The notes beneath the pieces were generated by a model. That model was not told the origin of the DNA and did no database searches. It worked only from the letters and a program-made list of their open reading frames with translations. The position numbers were made by a program, and so were the translations under genes. Positions 25,760 through 33,509 of a DNA stretch of 36,378 nt are shown piece by piece (the first letter of the stretch is position 1; each line of letters begins with the position of its first letter). Source of the DNA: a virus (lineage: Duplodnaviria > Caudoviricetes). Location: positions 1 through 36,378 of IMG/VR virus record IMGVR_UViG_3300020045_003741. One strand, given 5' to 3'.

Positions 25760-26271
25760 ATCATCACCGGCTTAAACTCGCCCCTAATAAACAATTTAGC
25801 CCAGTAACTACTTAACCTCTTTTCGCCAAATCTGTACAAAGCCTCCCAATTACGCTCGATATGCGCCTCGATTTCATCAATCGGATATAGGAACTCAGCA
25901 CAGCCAGAACGCGCCTTAGACGGGATTCCTACCGGGAAATCGGCGTGCTTTTTTTGATAGGCATACAGTTCGTACACATTGTTAAAGCCCATCTTTAGCA
26001 TAACTTCATAACTGTTAAGGTAAAGCGTTTTTGCGTCATTGCGCAGCGTTTCAAGCTTACCGCGCAACATTGCCGCTATTTTACCGTGAACAGAATCGGG
26101 CGCATATTTGCCTTCATAATGATTGCAAATATTGATTACCGTCGTCTCTACGTCAATCTCGCCTTTGTGATTACGAGCGATAAATTCTTGTTGATACTCG
26201 ATTGTGTAAACATGGTCACGGGATATGCCTGCCCAGCGTGCAAATTCTGATGTCGACATGAAGATTCTCAT
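25756..26271 (-). CDS. Putative DNA-binding protein with excisionase/AlpA-like HTH segments
   Basis: MSTSEFARWAGISRDHVY and YLNSYEVMLKMGF..DFPVG..YPIDEIEAHI; start 26271 overlaps the upstream stop. Confidence 0.6.
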   Translation of the reverse strand: MRIFMSTSEFARWAGISRDHVYTIEYQQEFIARNHKGEIDVETTVINICNHYEGKYAPDSVHGKIAAMLRGKLETLRNDAKTLYLNSYEVMLKMGFNNVYELYAYQKKHADFPVGIPSKARSGCAEFLYPIDEIEAHIERNWEALYRFGEKRLSSYWAKLFIRGEFKPVMI

Positions 26272-26957
26272 TCGTCGGCTCCTTTGGGTATGAAACAACT
26301 ATAGACGGCAGTGTCTTTCGTTGTCCACGAAGTCATTCCGCCTAACCAAGCCAATGGCTTTCCTTCTTCGTTTATCCCGGCGAAATGACACGGTTGTTTA
26401 GCGCAACCATCATATAATCCCCACCCCGGCGTATCGATCGCTATGCCGTCGTAGGGCGTGATTTCGATGAGGTCTTTTGGGTCTTCTTTGTTAACATGAA
26501 ATTTCAAGTTATTGTTGAATGAACAAGGGTGTTTAATGCCACTATCGTCAACATGCCATCCATTATGCGGATATTGATTACCAGGATTCGCATTCCATTC
26601 ATATATCCCACCCGGACGCCCGCAGCGCTGGCGGTATTGTTTTGGTTTATCGGTCATTGGTTTCTGCTCCGTTTCTCTATATTTAATAATTGGATGCCAT
26701 ATTGGCGCAACGCATATTTCCCAGGCTTTCCCAGAACGTGACATTTCTATCGGCAATGCAAAATCAGAATCAACCCATTTTTTGCGCAACTCCCAATGCG
26801 GATCGTCCTTTATGCGGTAAGAATGTATATTTATGCCGTCAAATGATGGACTCAAAACACATAACTCCATCCATTCGCTTGACTGTGTTTTTTTATATTC
26901 TACCTGCGGCTTTCCTATCGATTCCCAGTAAGCCTTGAACTTTGTGTAATCAGCCAT
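26268..26957 (-). CDS. Multi-module hypothetical protein
   Basis: 229 aa; RBS in GGGGGA; several short Trp-containing modules. Confidence 0.75.
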   Translation of the reverse strand: MADYTKFKAYWESIGKPQVEYKKTQSSEWMELCVLSPSFDGINIHSYRIKDDPHWELRKKWVDSDFALPIEMSRSGKAWEICVAPIWHPIIKYRETEQKPMTDKPKQYRQRCGRPGGIYEWNANPGNQYPHNGWHVDDSGIKHPCSFNNNLKFHVNKEDPKDLIEITPYDGIAIDTPGWGLYDGCAKQPCHFAGINEEGKPLAWLGGMTSWTTKDTAVYSCFIPKGADE

Positions 26958-27066
26958 TTAATCCCCCTGTTATCGCCTCAGCAATAGGAGAAACCAAATG
27001 ATGCAACGATACCGCTACGAAATAAAAAGCGGCAACGGCGCATAGAACAAGTATTAATTCTTTCAT
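26950..27066 (-). CDS. Small membrane peptide (38 aa, not in the ORF track)
   Basis: MKELILVLCAVAAFYFVAVSLHHLVSPIAEAITGGLNG; overlaps both neighbours. Confidence 0.5.
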   Translation of the reverse strand: MKELILVLCAVAAFYFVAVSLHHLVSPIAEAITGGLNG

Positions 27067-27215
27067 CTCTTCTTAAACCTCATTTCAAATTGTGCGATAT
27101 GCAGATCGTCCTTGGGCTTGTCGAATACGCACAGGTTAAATAATTTGTTGTTTGCCCTGGGTGCCGGGTTAAGCTTTAGCGATGCCGCCCGGCGGTCTGC
27201 GCTGTGGTTTCTCAT
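27063..27215 (-). CDS. Small basic protein (50 aa, not in the ORF track)
   Basis: MRNHSADRRAASLKLNPAPRANNKLFNLCVFDKPKDDLHIAQFEMRFKKR; ATGA overlaps at both ends. Confidence 0.5.
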   Translation of the reverse strand: MRNHSADRRAASLKLNPAPRANNKLFNLCVFDKPKDDLHIAQFEMRFKKR

Positions 27216-27472
27216 TCCTTATGCTCCAGCGCTAATAGCTCCTGCTTTTTTTGCAGCGCTTTTTGCAGAACGTTATTGGCCTCGGCTATTTCAATTTCCA
27301 CGGCGGCGACCTTGGCTTGCATGAGTTCGTCTTTATCTCGCTCCTCAAACTCAACTTCAACTGCTTTTGATATTTGGATATCAGTGTTATATGCACTAAC
27401 TTCACTAACATATATCACGTTGCAGCCCATGGTATATAAAGCAACTTGTCTTTTTTCTCTCATTTCATTCAC
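27212..27472 (-). CDS. Hypothetical coiled-coil protein
   Basis: VEVEFEER..KQELLALEH; first gene after the structured leader. Confidence 0.7.
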   Translation of the reverse strand: MNEMREKRQVALYTMGCNVIYVSEVSAYNTDIQISKAVEVEFEERDKDELMQAKVAAVEIEIAEANNVLQKALQKKQELLALEHKE

Positions 27473-27552
27473 CTAAAATTATAATGCCGGTCTAGGCGCC
27501 GGCTGCCCTGTTGCCATAACTTACAGCTTGTGGCGTGCCTGTTTTTATTGAA

Positions 27553-27710
27553 GTGCAAGGCCGGGCGTTAACCGGCTGGATGTTATGGGGAGTTACCGCC
27601 AACACATTAAGTTCTAATGATTTCGTTATTCGTCTCATTACTCTTAGCCCCTTTTAATGTGTTGTGAACATCCTACGTAATCGCGCTTCTACTTTCAGCG
27701 CCGCTTGCAC
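27553..27710 (-). ncRNA. tRNA-like structured RNA (158 nt)
   Basis: Acceptor-like GTGCAAG/CTTGCAC; D-like arm GCGC-TGAAAGTAGAA-GCGC; T-like arm GCCGG-TTAACGC-CCGGC; long central domain GGATGTT/AACATCC and CAACACATTAA/TTAATGTGTTG. Confidence 0.65.
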
Positions 27711-27786
27711 AAGAAGCCTATCCCCGACTTACATTCCCCCGCCTACGTTGTCCAAGCTGCGGCTAAAGCGCGATAGGCTTCTTGTG
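27708..27786 (-). repeat. 15-bp perfect inverted repeat next to the tRNA-like RNA
   Basis: CACAAGAAGCCTATC (27708-27722) / GATAGGCTTCTTGTG (27772-27786). Confidence 0.85.
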
Positions 27787-27873
27787 TCCCCTGCTCTTAC
27801 CCGGCAAGTGATTTAGGTCACGGCATCCCACCGTGCGGTCATTTCGTGCCAGTTTATAGCCGGGCTGCAATGA

Positions 27874-27948
27874 CTAAGGTATTGGGCTTTTAATTCTTAC
27901 AAAAACCCCCGGCTCATGGCCGGGGTAGGCAGGAGGTACAACTTCCAT
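27874..27948 (-). CDS. Putative 24-aa leader peptide overlapping a terminator
   Basis: AAAGGA RBS; MEVVPPAYPGHEPGVFVRIKSPIP. Confidence 0.35.
   Translation of the reverse strand: MEVVPPAYPGHEPGVFVRIKSPIP
27901..27925 (-). terminator. Promoter-proximal Rho-independent terminator
   Basis: CCCCGGC-CATGA-GCCGGGG-GTTTTT on the minus strand. Confidence 0.7.
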
Positions 27949-27979
27949 CTTTATTTCCTTTCTGGTTAATGTTGTGGCT

Positions 27980-28009
27980 ATTTTAATATATTAAATTATT
28001 ATTTGTCAA
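27980..28009 (-). promoter_or_regulatory. Sigma70 early promoter
   Basis: TTGACA-18 nt-TAAAAT on the minus strand with an A-rich upstream element. Confidence 0.7.
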
Positions 28010-28545
28010 CTTTTATTTTTATATTCGTGCATTTGAACAGAAACAATCCTTTTAGCCTCTTCTAACCCTTCCGCCATAATATATAAATATCCGACGTTTC
28101 TTATCGCCCTTGAAAAATCTACCTGCTCCGGGCTCAACTTACCCCCCTTAACCCGCTTCATTTCAATCCATAGACGCAGCTCCGGAATAAACAAATCGGC
28201 CGCGCCCGGATGTAGTCCTAAAAGCAATTGATCGGTTTTTTCGTACGGCGCACGGAATCCATCATTGCGTATCATCATGATGATAGACCCAGGAAACGTT
28301 TGCTTATACCAGGCAACGAACGCCTTTTGTCCTTCCTTTTCAAGAGGGATATAAGCGGCTTCTTTCTTTTGTTGCTCTATTGTCCTAGAAAATACTTCGT
28401 TCTGTTCCAACATGGCATCACGGTCTTGCCTATCAAAAGATAATGCCTCGGTAATATAGGCGCTTCTGGATGCCTTCTTGAATCCTTGGCGCTTTAATAA
28501 TGCGTCTAGTTGCGTCCTAAAAACATCATCACTTATTTGATCCAT
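28006..28545 (-). CDS. VRR-NUC family nuclease with an N-terminal extension
   Basis: EKEGQKAFVAW..GLHPGAADL..WIEMKRVKGGKLSPEQ (PD-D/ExK). Confidence 0.85.
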   Translation of the reverse strand: MDQISDDVFRTQLDALLKRQGFKKASRSAYITEALSFDRQDRDAMLEQNEVFSRTIEQQKKEAAYIPLEKEGQKAFVAWYKQTFPGSIIMMIRNDGFRAPYEKTDQLLLGLHPGAADLFIPELRLWIEMKRVKGGKLSPEQVDFSRAIRNVGYLYIMAEGLEEAKRIVSVQMHEYKNKS

Positions 28546-28732
28546 ATTCACCCTCCAAATAATTTAAAATAAATTCTCGCTCTTCTACAGGTTCATCCAT
28601 CCATTCTTTAGGATCAAGGCCAAGCCGATAGATGGCGCATTCGAACGCGCCGTCGGTAATGCCTTCTTTGTGTCCGATATTTTCGGTTTTATCGGACACA
28701 ATCGATTTAAGCGCGTCGAGTATGCTACTCAA
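28529..28732 (-). CDS. Hypothetical protein
   Basis: Likely TTG start at 28732 (SSILDALK) after GGAGGTGGAG; overlaps the helicase stop. Confidence 0.55.
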   Translation of the reverse strand: MSSILDALKSIVSDKTENIGHKEGITDGAFECAIYRLGLDPKEWMDEPVEEREFILNYLEGEYGSNK

Positions 28733-30446
28733 ACTCCACCTCCACCTCCACCAATTCTTTAAATTTACTGTTTGCACCAGGCCGAACCGTAACCGCCACA
28801 ACCTTTTTAAAATACTGCTCCGCATTGTTGAGCAAATGGCACATATTGTCCACCGTCACCCCGGCCTGCCCTAATTCATAATAATCCTCATACCGCTTAA
28901 ACAATTCCATGACGAAGTTTCGCGCCTTGGCTGCCATGCCGCCTGGATGGTCAAGGCAAATATAGTGTATATGGATCAATTCCGCACCCTCGCCGTAAAT
29001 CAGCATTTTAATCATCGGTATGGAGTCTTTGCGCGAATATGCCCGTACATAGACAACGCCTTCAACCTCATGCCTTATCGTCGATGCTTCAATCTTAGCC
29101 GCCAATATTTGAGCTTTCGAGCGCATGGAATACTTGCCTTCTTCATTTTCACTGATAAACTCCCCACCGCACTTGCGGCAAAATTTAGCGGCCAGGATAT
29201 TGGCATAATTGCATTCCTGACCGCGCTTGTACTGTATACCTTCAAACTCTACATGCTCGTCCAGGATCAGTGTGCAAAGCTTCTTTGGGGCCTCACCACG
29301 GCGTTTTTTAGTCTTAGGCGGTAGTGTGGCATCAATCGGCCCGTGCCTATCCACATTCAACCCGTAATCAATGACATAGCCCAGTGCCTTATCTTCATGC
29401 GCCCTGATAACCCTGCCCACCATTTGCACATAAAGCCCTAGGCTCATGGTAGCCCGCATCAGCACGACGCAATCCAGCGCGGTATGGTCGAATCCGGTTG
29501 TATAAAGCCCTACGTTAACCAAATATCGTTTCCCATTTCCGTTTTTAAACCAGTCCATAGTATCGCGTCGTTCTTTATCGCTCATATCACCATACGCCAA
29601 CCTCATGCTGTCATGGTTCCACTCCTTAACTATATGGCGGGCATTATCCAGCTTGGAAGCGAATATCAGCGCCGTTTGAATGTTGTGCGCAGCAAATTTA
29701 ACGCCCATATCCGCAACCGCATCCTTAACAATAGCGTCGAATTTAACGCCCATTTGGTCGGTATTGTAGTCACCTTGGGTTGTCAGTGTTACGCCGGCCA
29801 TATCCGCTTCCACATCGCCGGATATGGATTCAACGTGGCTGAGATAGCCTTCTTGTATCATCGTCGGAATATGCGTTTCATAGGCCATGCCGGTAAACAG
29901 CGCCTTGCCTTTAAAGCAATCGTTATGCAATAGGCCCTGTTCCATTCGATAGGGCGTGGCGGTCAGGCCGATAATTTTCATGGATGGATTAAGGCGCAGC
30001 AGCGAGCGGATAATTTTCCAGTAACTTGATTCTGGATCAGGCGCCACAAGATGGCACTCATCAATAATCAGTAGATTAAATGCGCCGCTATGCGCCCTAC
30101 GGCGCAAAAAAGACATATAGGTGGCAATTACGGCCTTTCTATCGACTTGCGCCCTGTGCAGCTTGGCGCAACAGATGCCCAAGCTTTCAGGCTTATCGAC
30201 ATAATGCCACGCCTCTTCATAGCTCTGTTCGCACAGTTCTTTCGATGGAACCAACTGCAAAACCCGTCCGCCCTGTCTCAATACCTTATTGGTTAGCATG
30301 GCCGACACCAGAGACTTGCCGGACCCGGTGCACATGGCCGCATACGGTATTTCAAAACCGTTTGACGTCCCTGTCATCGGCGTTAGCGCGGATTTTATCA
30401 GGGCATCGTAGGCTTCTTGCTGGTAAAACCTAGGCGTTTTTTTCAT
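28725..30446 (-). CDS. SF2 DExH helicase (RadD/YejH-like) with a zinc ribbon
   Basis: Q motif PRFYQ, Walker A CTGSGKS, DECH, TATP, TTGFD, YVQMVGR; C-terminal Cys cluster. Confidence 0.92.
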   Translation of the reverse strand: MKKTPRFYQQEAYDALIKSALTPMTGTSNGFEIPYAAMCTGSGKSLVSAMLTNKVLRQGGRVLQLVPSKELCEQSYEEAWHYVDKPESLGICCAKLHRAQVDRKAVIATYMSFLRRRAHSGAFNLLIIDECHLVAPDPESSYWKIIRSLLRLNPSMKIIGLTATPYRMEQGLLHNDCFKGKALFTGMAYETHIPTMIQEGYLSHVESISGDVEADMAGVTLTTQGDYNTDQMGVKFDAIVKDAVADMGVKFAAHNIQTALIFASKLDNARHIVKEWNHDSMRLAYGDMSDKERRDTMDWFKNGNGKRYLVNVGLYTTGFDHTALDCVVLMRATMSLGLYVQMVGRVIRAHEDKALGYVIDYGLNVDRHGPIDATLPPKTKKRRGEAPKKLCTLILDEHVEFEGIQYKRGQECNYANILAAKFCRKCGGEFISENEEGKYSMRSKAQILAAKIEASTIRHEVEGVVYVRAYSRKDSIPMIKMLIYGEGAELIHIHYICLDHPGGMAAKARNFVMELFKRYEDYYELGQAGVTVDNMCHLLNNAEQYFKKVVAVTVRPGANSKFKELVEVEVEFE

Positions 30447-30985
30447 AACGCACAAAACTCCGGCGTTAATTGGCGCTTAAACTCGACATAGGCTTTATGG
30501 GCTTCTTCAGGAGTTTTAAACAATCCAAGATGTATTCTATTACCGTTATCTACAGCACTTGCTTGGTATCGTGTCTTACCTCTGCTTTTATGGGCAGACA
30601 CACCCAGTAAATTAAATTTATTATTTTTTTTTGGCATTGATAATGACAATACCATTTCAGCTTTAGTCATTTCCCTAATATTTGTAGCCTTTAGGTTTTT
30701 TTTATCTCCATCAATGTGATCAACATAAATACTTGGTAATCTTCCGTTTAATATAAAAAATGCCAGTCTTGCAACAGGGTATAATTTTCCATCTAAAGTA
30801 ACGGTATAACACTGCTTTTCTTTATTTAAAAATCCGGCGCTATTTTTAGCAAATTTTTTGTTAAAAGACTTCATGGATTTTTCGCTTTTAAAATGGCTAT
30901 TAGGCCTTTCCTTCCACACAAATTCACCAGTTTCCGGGTTATAGTCAAAGCACTCTTTTAGGTACTCTTGTGTTAATTCAGTCAT
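30443..30985 (-). CDS. HNH-AP2 endonuclease-like protein, possibly catalytically degenerate
   Basis: MTELTQEYLKECFDYNPETGEFVW, VDHIDGDK, AP2-like HLGLFKTPEEAHKAY; AT-rich. Confidence 0.85.
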   Translation of the reverse strand: MTELTQEYLKECFDYNPETGEFVWKERPNSHFKSEKSMKSFNKKFAKNSAGFLNKEKQCYTVTLDGKLYPVARLAFFILNGRLPSIYVDHIDGDKKNLKATNIREMTKAEMVLSLSMPKKNNKFNLLGVSAHKSRGKTRYQASAVDNGNRIHLGLFKTPEEAHKAYVEFKRQLTPEFCAL

Positions 30986-30996
30986 AATTCCACCAT

Positions 30997-31126
30997 AAAA
31001 AAAGCCGACCTTTGCACGTTCAGACAGGCGAGAACACCTCATGCAAAAAAGTCGGCTTTGTTTAAATTCTCTTGAACGGGTCTGACTCCGTGGATTGATT
31101 ATAGGCTGTTTTATTTTACGAGTAAA
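30997..31126 (-). promoter_or_regulatory. Promoter plus terminator-like leader for the HNH-AP2 gene
   Basis: TTTACT-17 nt-TATAAT (31126-31098); hairpin AAAGCCGAC/GTCGGCTTT followed by a T run just before the start codon. Confidence 0.65.
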
Positions 31127-31650
31127 TAAGGGGTTTTAACCAATTCTACGCCGTCAAATTCATCCCCAGCATCCAAATGTTTTTTAATTTCTGCTTTGCA
31201 TGGCCTAAGCACCGTAAACGCCTCATAACAGTCAGGCGGAAGTTTTACACAATCAAATCCTGCCTCATAAGTGATAGATTTAACGTCTGAACCTGCCAAT
31301 GCTACCGACTCGCGCCCGGCGGACCAGGTGATATTGCACACGTCGCCTTCCACCTTCTTAATACCGAACTGTTCCATAGCCGCCTTAATAAAATCCTCAA
31401 GCCGTGCCTCAACATTAGCCGCCGTCCTTGCCCGCGCCTGGGCGCGTTTAACCGCCTCTTTGCGGGCCTCGGTCAGGTCTTTCGCCTCGCGCAATACGGA
31501 TGACAAGAACTTGAGCTTTTGTTCGACAGATCCGTAAATTTTGTTCAAATCGACCTGTATCTGTTCCGCTTCTTCGGAACCCTCCGACTCCCAGTACAAT
31601 TGTGCTAGCAATTCTTGTTGTTCTTTGTTTAAGTCGTTTATTGTTGCCAT
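31111..31650 (-). CDS. Siphovirus gp157/Gam-like protein
   Basis: Coiled coil, RLEDFIKAAMEQFGIKKV, KAEIKKHLDAG..GVELV. Confidence 0.75.
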   Translation of the reverse strand: MATINDLNKEQQELLAQLYWESEGSEEAEQIQVDLNKIYGSVEQKLKFLSSVLREAKDLTEARKEAVKRAQARARTAANVEARLEDFIKAAMEQFGIKKVEGDVCNITWSAGRESVALAGSDVKSITYEAGFDCVKLPPDCYEAFTVLRPCKAEIKKHLDAGDEFDGVELVKTPYLLVK

Positions 31651-31676
31651 TTTTTATCCTGCTATTTTTGTGCCAA

Positions 31677-31705
31677 AAAAAGTTGGGCGGAAAATTTCCG
31701 CCCAA
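31677..31705 (-). terminator. Rho-independent terminator after the SSB-like gene
   Basis: TTGGGCGGAA/TTCCGCCCAA stem with a T run on the minus strand. Confidence 0.8.
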
Positions 31706-31733
31706 TTAAAATTAAAAATATCAACCTTTAAAA

Positions 31734-32336
31734 TTAAAAAATATCTAAATCATCGTCATAGTCAGCATATTTATCAGCAGGTTTCATGCCCTGCGATTCC
31801 GCCTTAACATCAGCCGCCTTAGCCTCCTCACTCGCACCTGGCTTTGGCTGAATCTTATTTACGATTTGGATTTCCTTTACACTGCCATTTGTGCGTAATT
31901 CTGGCTCTCCAGTAGCCCTGTCGGTAGGTGTAAACACTCCAAATGTGACAATGACGCAACCGCCAGAAAGCGCCCGGTTTAATAGTCCATTATCGCCAAC
32001 AATTTCCTTGCCTTCATCATCCGCTTTTGATATTAGCCCTTTGCATATCTGATCGTATGCCATAAGTATATCGAATGCCTTATCTTTTTTCTTTGGGTCT
32101 TTATCGAATACATGGAGCTTGTGATCGTGTTTAAATCCACGATAAACCCCTGCCTCAGTTACGTGGAGCTGTACCGATATATGTTTGTTGTAATAATCCG
32201 TAGGAGGGTTCCATACCGCACCGGCTATGGCGCATTGCAACTGAGTCCCGTCCGGGATCAATTTTTGAAAGCCGCCAACGCTGGCGGTATTCTTTTTTTC
32301 AACGGCTGAGCCGTCACTTTTTTGGAAAAAACTCAT
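31734..32336 (-). CDS. Putative single-stranded DNA-binding protein (DUF669-like)
   Basis: GGFQKLIPDGT N-terminus and acidic tail DDDLDIF; downstream of the Sak4-like ATPase. Confidence 0.7.
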   Translation of the reverse strand: MSFFQKSDGSAVEKKNTASVGGFQKLIPDGTQLQCAIAGAVWNPPTDYYNKHISVQLHVTEAGVYRGFKHDHKLHVFDKDPKKKDKAFDILMAYDQICKGLISKADDEGKEIVGDNGLLNRALSGGCVIVTFGVFTPTDRATGEPELRTNGSVKEIQIVNKIQPKPGASEEAKAADVKAESQGMKPADKYADYDDDLDIF

Positions 32337-32509
32337 ACTTGTTTTGCCTCTTTGGTTGGTTGTGGTGAAGGTTTCAATTCGACTGTGTAGTCGAGTTCGT
32401 GCAGCGCTTTTAACAACGGGATCGTCATATCGTCGAAATTGATATGACCGATGACGTTAGACTGCGTGGGCAGCCTGGGCGCGTGGTTTTTTATTATTTC
32501 AAATCGCAT
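32333..32509 (-). CDS. Hypothetical protein (58 aa, not in the ORF track)
   Basis: GAGGA RBS; MRFEIIKNHAPRLPTQSNVIGHINFDD...; ATGA overlap with the SSB-like gene. Confidence 0.55.
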   Translation of the reverse strand: MRFEIIKNHAPRLPTQSNVIGHINFDDMTIPLLKALHELDYTVELKPSPQPTKEAKQV

Positions 32510-32674
32510 TTGTTGAGTTCCTCAATGAGTTCGTCTGCTAGTCTAACGGCACATTCAACATTTGTTGTTGGTTGCGTACACAGCCCCCTGTAACGCCATG
32601 GCCGCAAACAGTTCGCGCTTGGTCAAGCTATATCTATCGTTAGAAAATGCCGTATCTTCTGGATTAGTCGCCAT
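32494..32674 (-). pseudogene. Frameshifted small phage gene of the LTKRE.FAAMA.QG type
   Basis: MATNPEDTAFSNDRYSLTKRELFAAMALQG, then the expected LCTQ..AVRLADELIEELNK continues in another frame; one extra base in a G5 run (C5 at 32584-32588 on +). Confidence 0.65.
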
Positions 32675-33509
32675 AAACATCCCCCCACAGTTTAATTAAA
32701 GTCGGATTCGAGCGGTCACGCAGCAGTTCTTGTTCCGTAGCCGATGGCTCAATCTCATAAAAATGATCAAGATTGACACGGCTTTTTGCAAAAAAAGTAC
32801 CCGCCGGCTTGGTGTAGATTACCCGGCTAATAGCCCCGGAAGTGGCAATCTGTTTGTTCTTGCCGCCAGCGCCTTTAACCACGGTCGTCGGGTTCTCGCC
32901 CTGGATAAAGAACACGTTGTGGGCGCGTGCCTCCAGCAGACCAACTACGTTTGTATTATCGCCAGCCGGGGCCGCTATTCTAATCCTACTAAAGTAGTCG
33001 CCCGACTCCAAACTGACGTTAAAGCTCACATCGTGAGCAATCAAAATGACATGCATCCCTTTCTTGAGGAGCTGGTCGAATCCGGCTAGAAGTTTGCCGT
33101 AGTAGGGAAACTCCATCGATACGCCACGGCCAAAGGCTTTTAGATCGGTGCCTTTGTTGTCGGCCTCAACATCTTCCGTTACACACTCGCGGAAGGTTCC
33201 GATATTGTCAAAGATAACCGTCTTTCGGCTATGCTCGATATTTAGCAACTTTTGAATCGCCCCGAACACGAAATCAAGCGGCGCCATGCCTTGCGGACAT
33301 TGAAACGCGGGGATACCATTGGCAACCATGCGCTCGTGCCCAGTTTCGCGGCCTATTGGGATTATTACCGGGTCAGGAGAATAACAGGCCGCCGTGGTTT
33401 TGCCCAAGCCGCCTTTGCCGTAAATCACGGTAAACTGCGGATGTTTTTCGGCCTTTGGGATCAGGCCGATCGACTCGAAGTCGATTTTATTTAAGTCTTT
33501 GATAGCCAT
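32664..33509 (-). CDS. Sak4-like (AAA_24) P-loop ATPase / recombinase
   Basis: VIYGKGGLGKTT, TVIFDNI, MHVILIAH, FFAKSR. Confidence 0.85.
   Translation of the reverse strand: MAIKDLNKIDFESIGLIPKAEKHPQFTVIYGKGGLGKTTAACYSPDPVIIPIGRETGHERMVANGIPAFQCPQGMAPLDFVFGAIQKLLNIEHSRKTVIFDNIGTFRECVTEDVEADNKGTDLKAFGRGVSMEFPYYGKLLAGFDQLLKKGMHVILIAHDVSFNVSLESGDYFSRIRIAAPAGDNTNVVGLLEARAHNVFFIQGENPTTVVKGAGGKNKQIATSGAISRVIYTKPAGTFFAKSRVNLDHFYEIEPSATEQELLRDRSNPTLIKLWGDVYGD

Noticed and set aside
27553-27710. Canonical or intron-containing tRNA (for example Val-CAC or a UGA suppressor)
   Set aside because: There are extra bases between the D arm and the next stem, a 1-nt variable region, a non-canonical T loop, no D-loop GG and no recognisable intron; kept only as a tRNA-like RNA.
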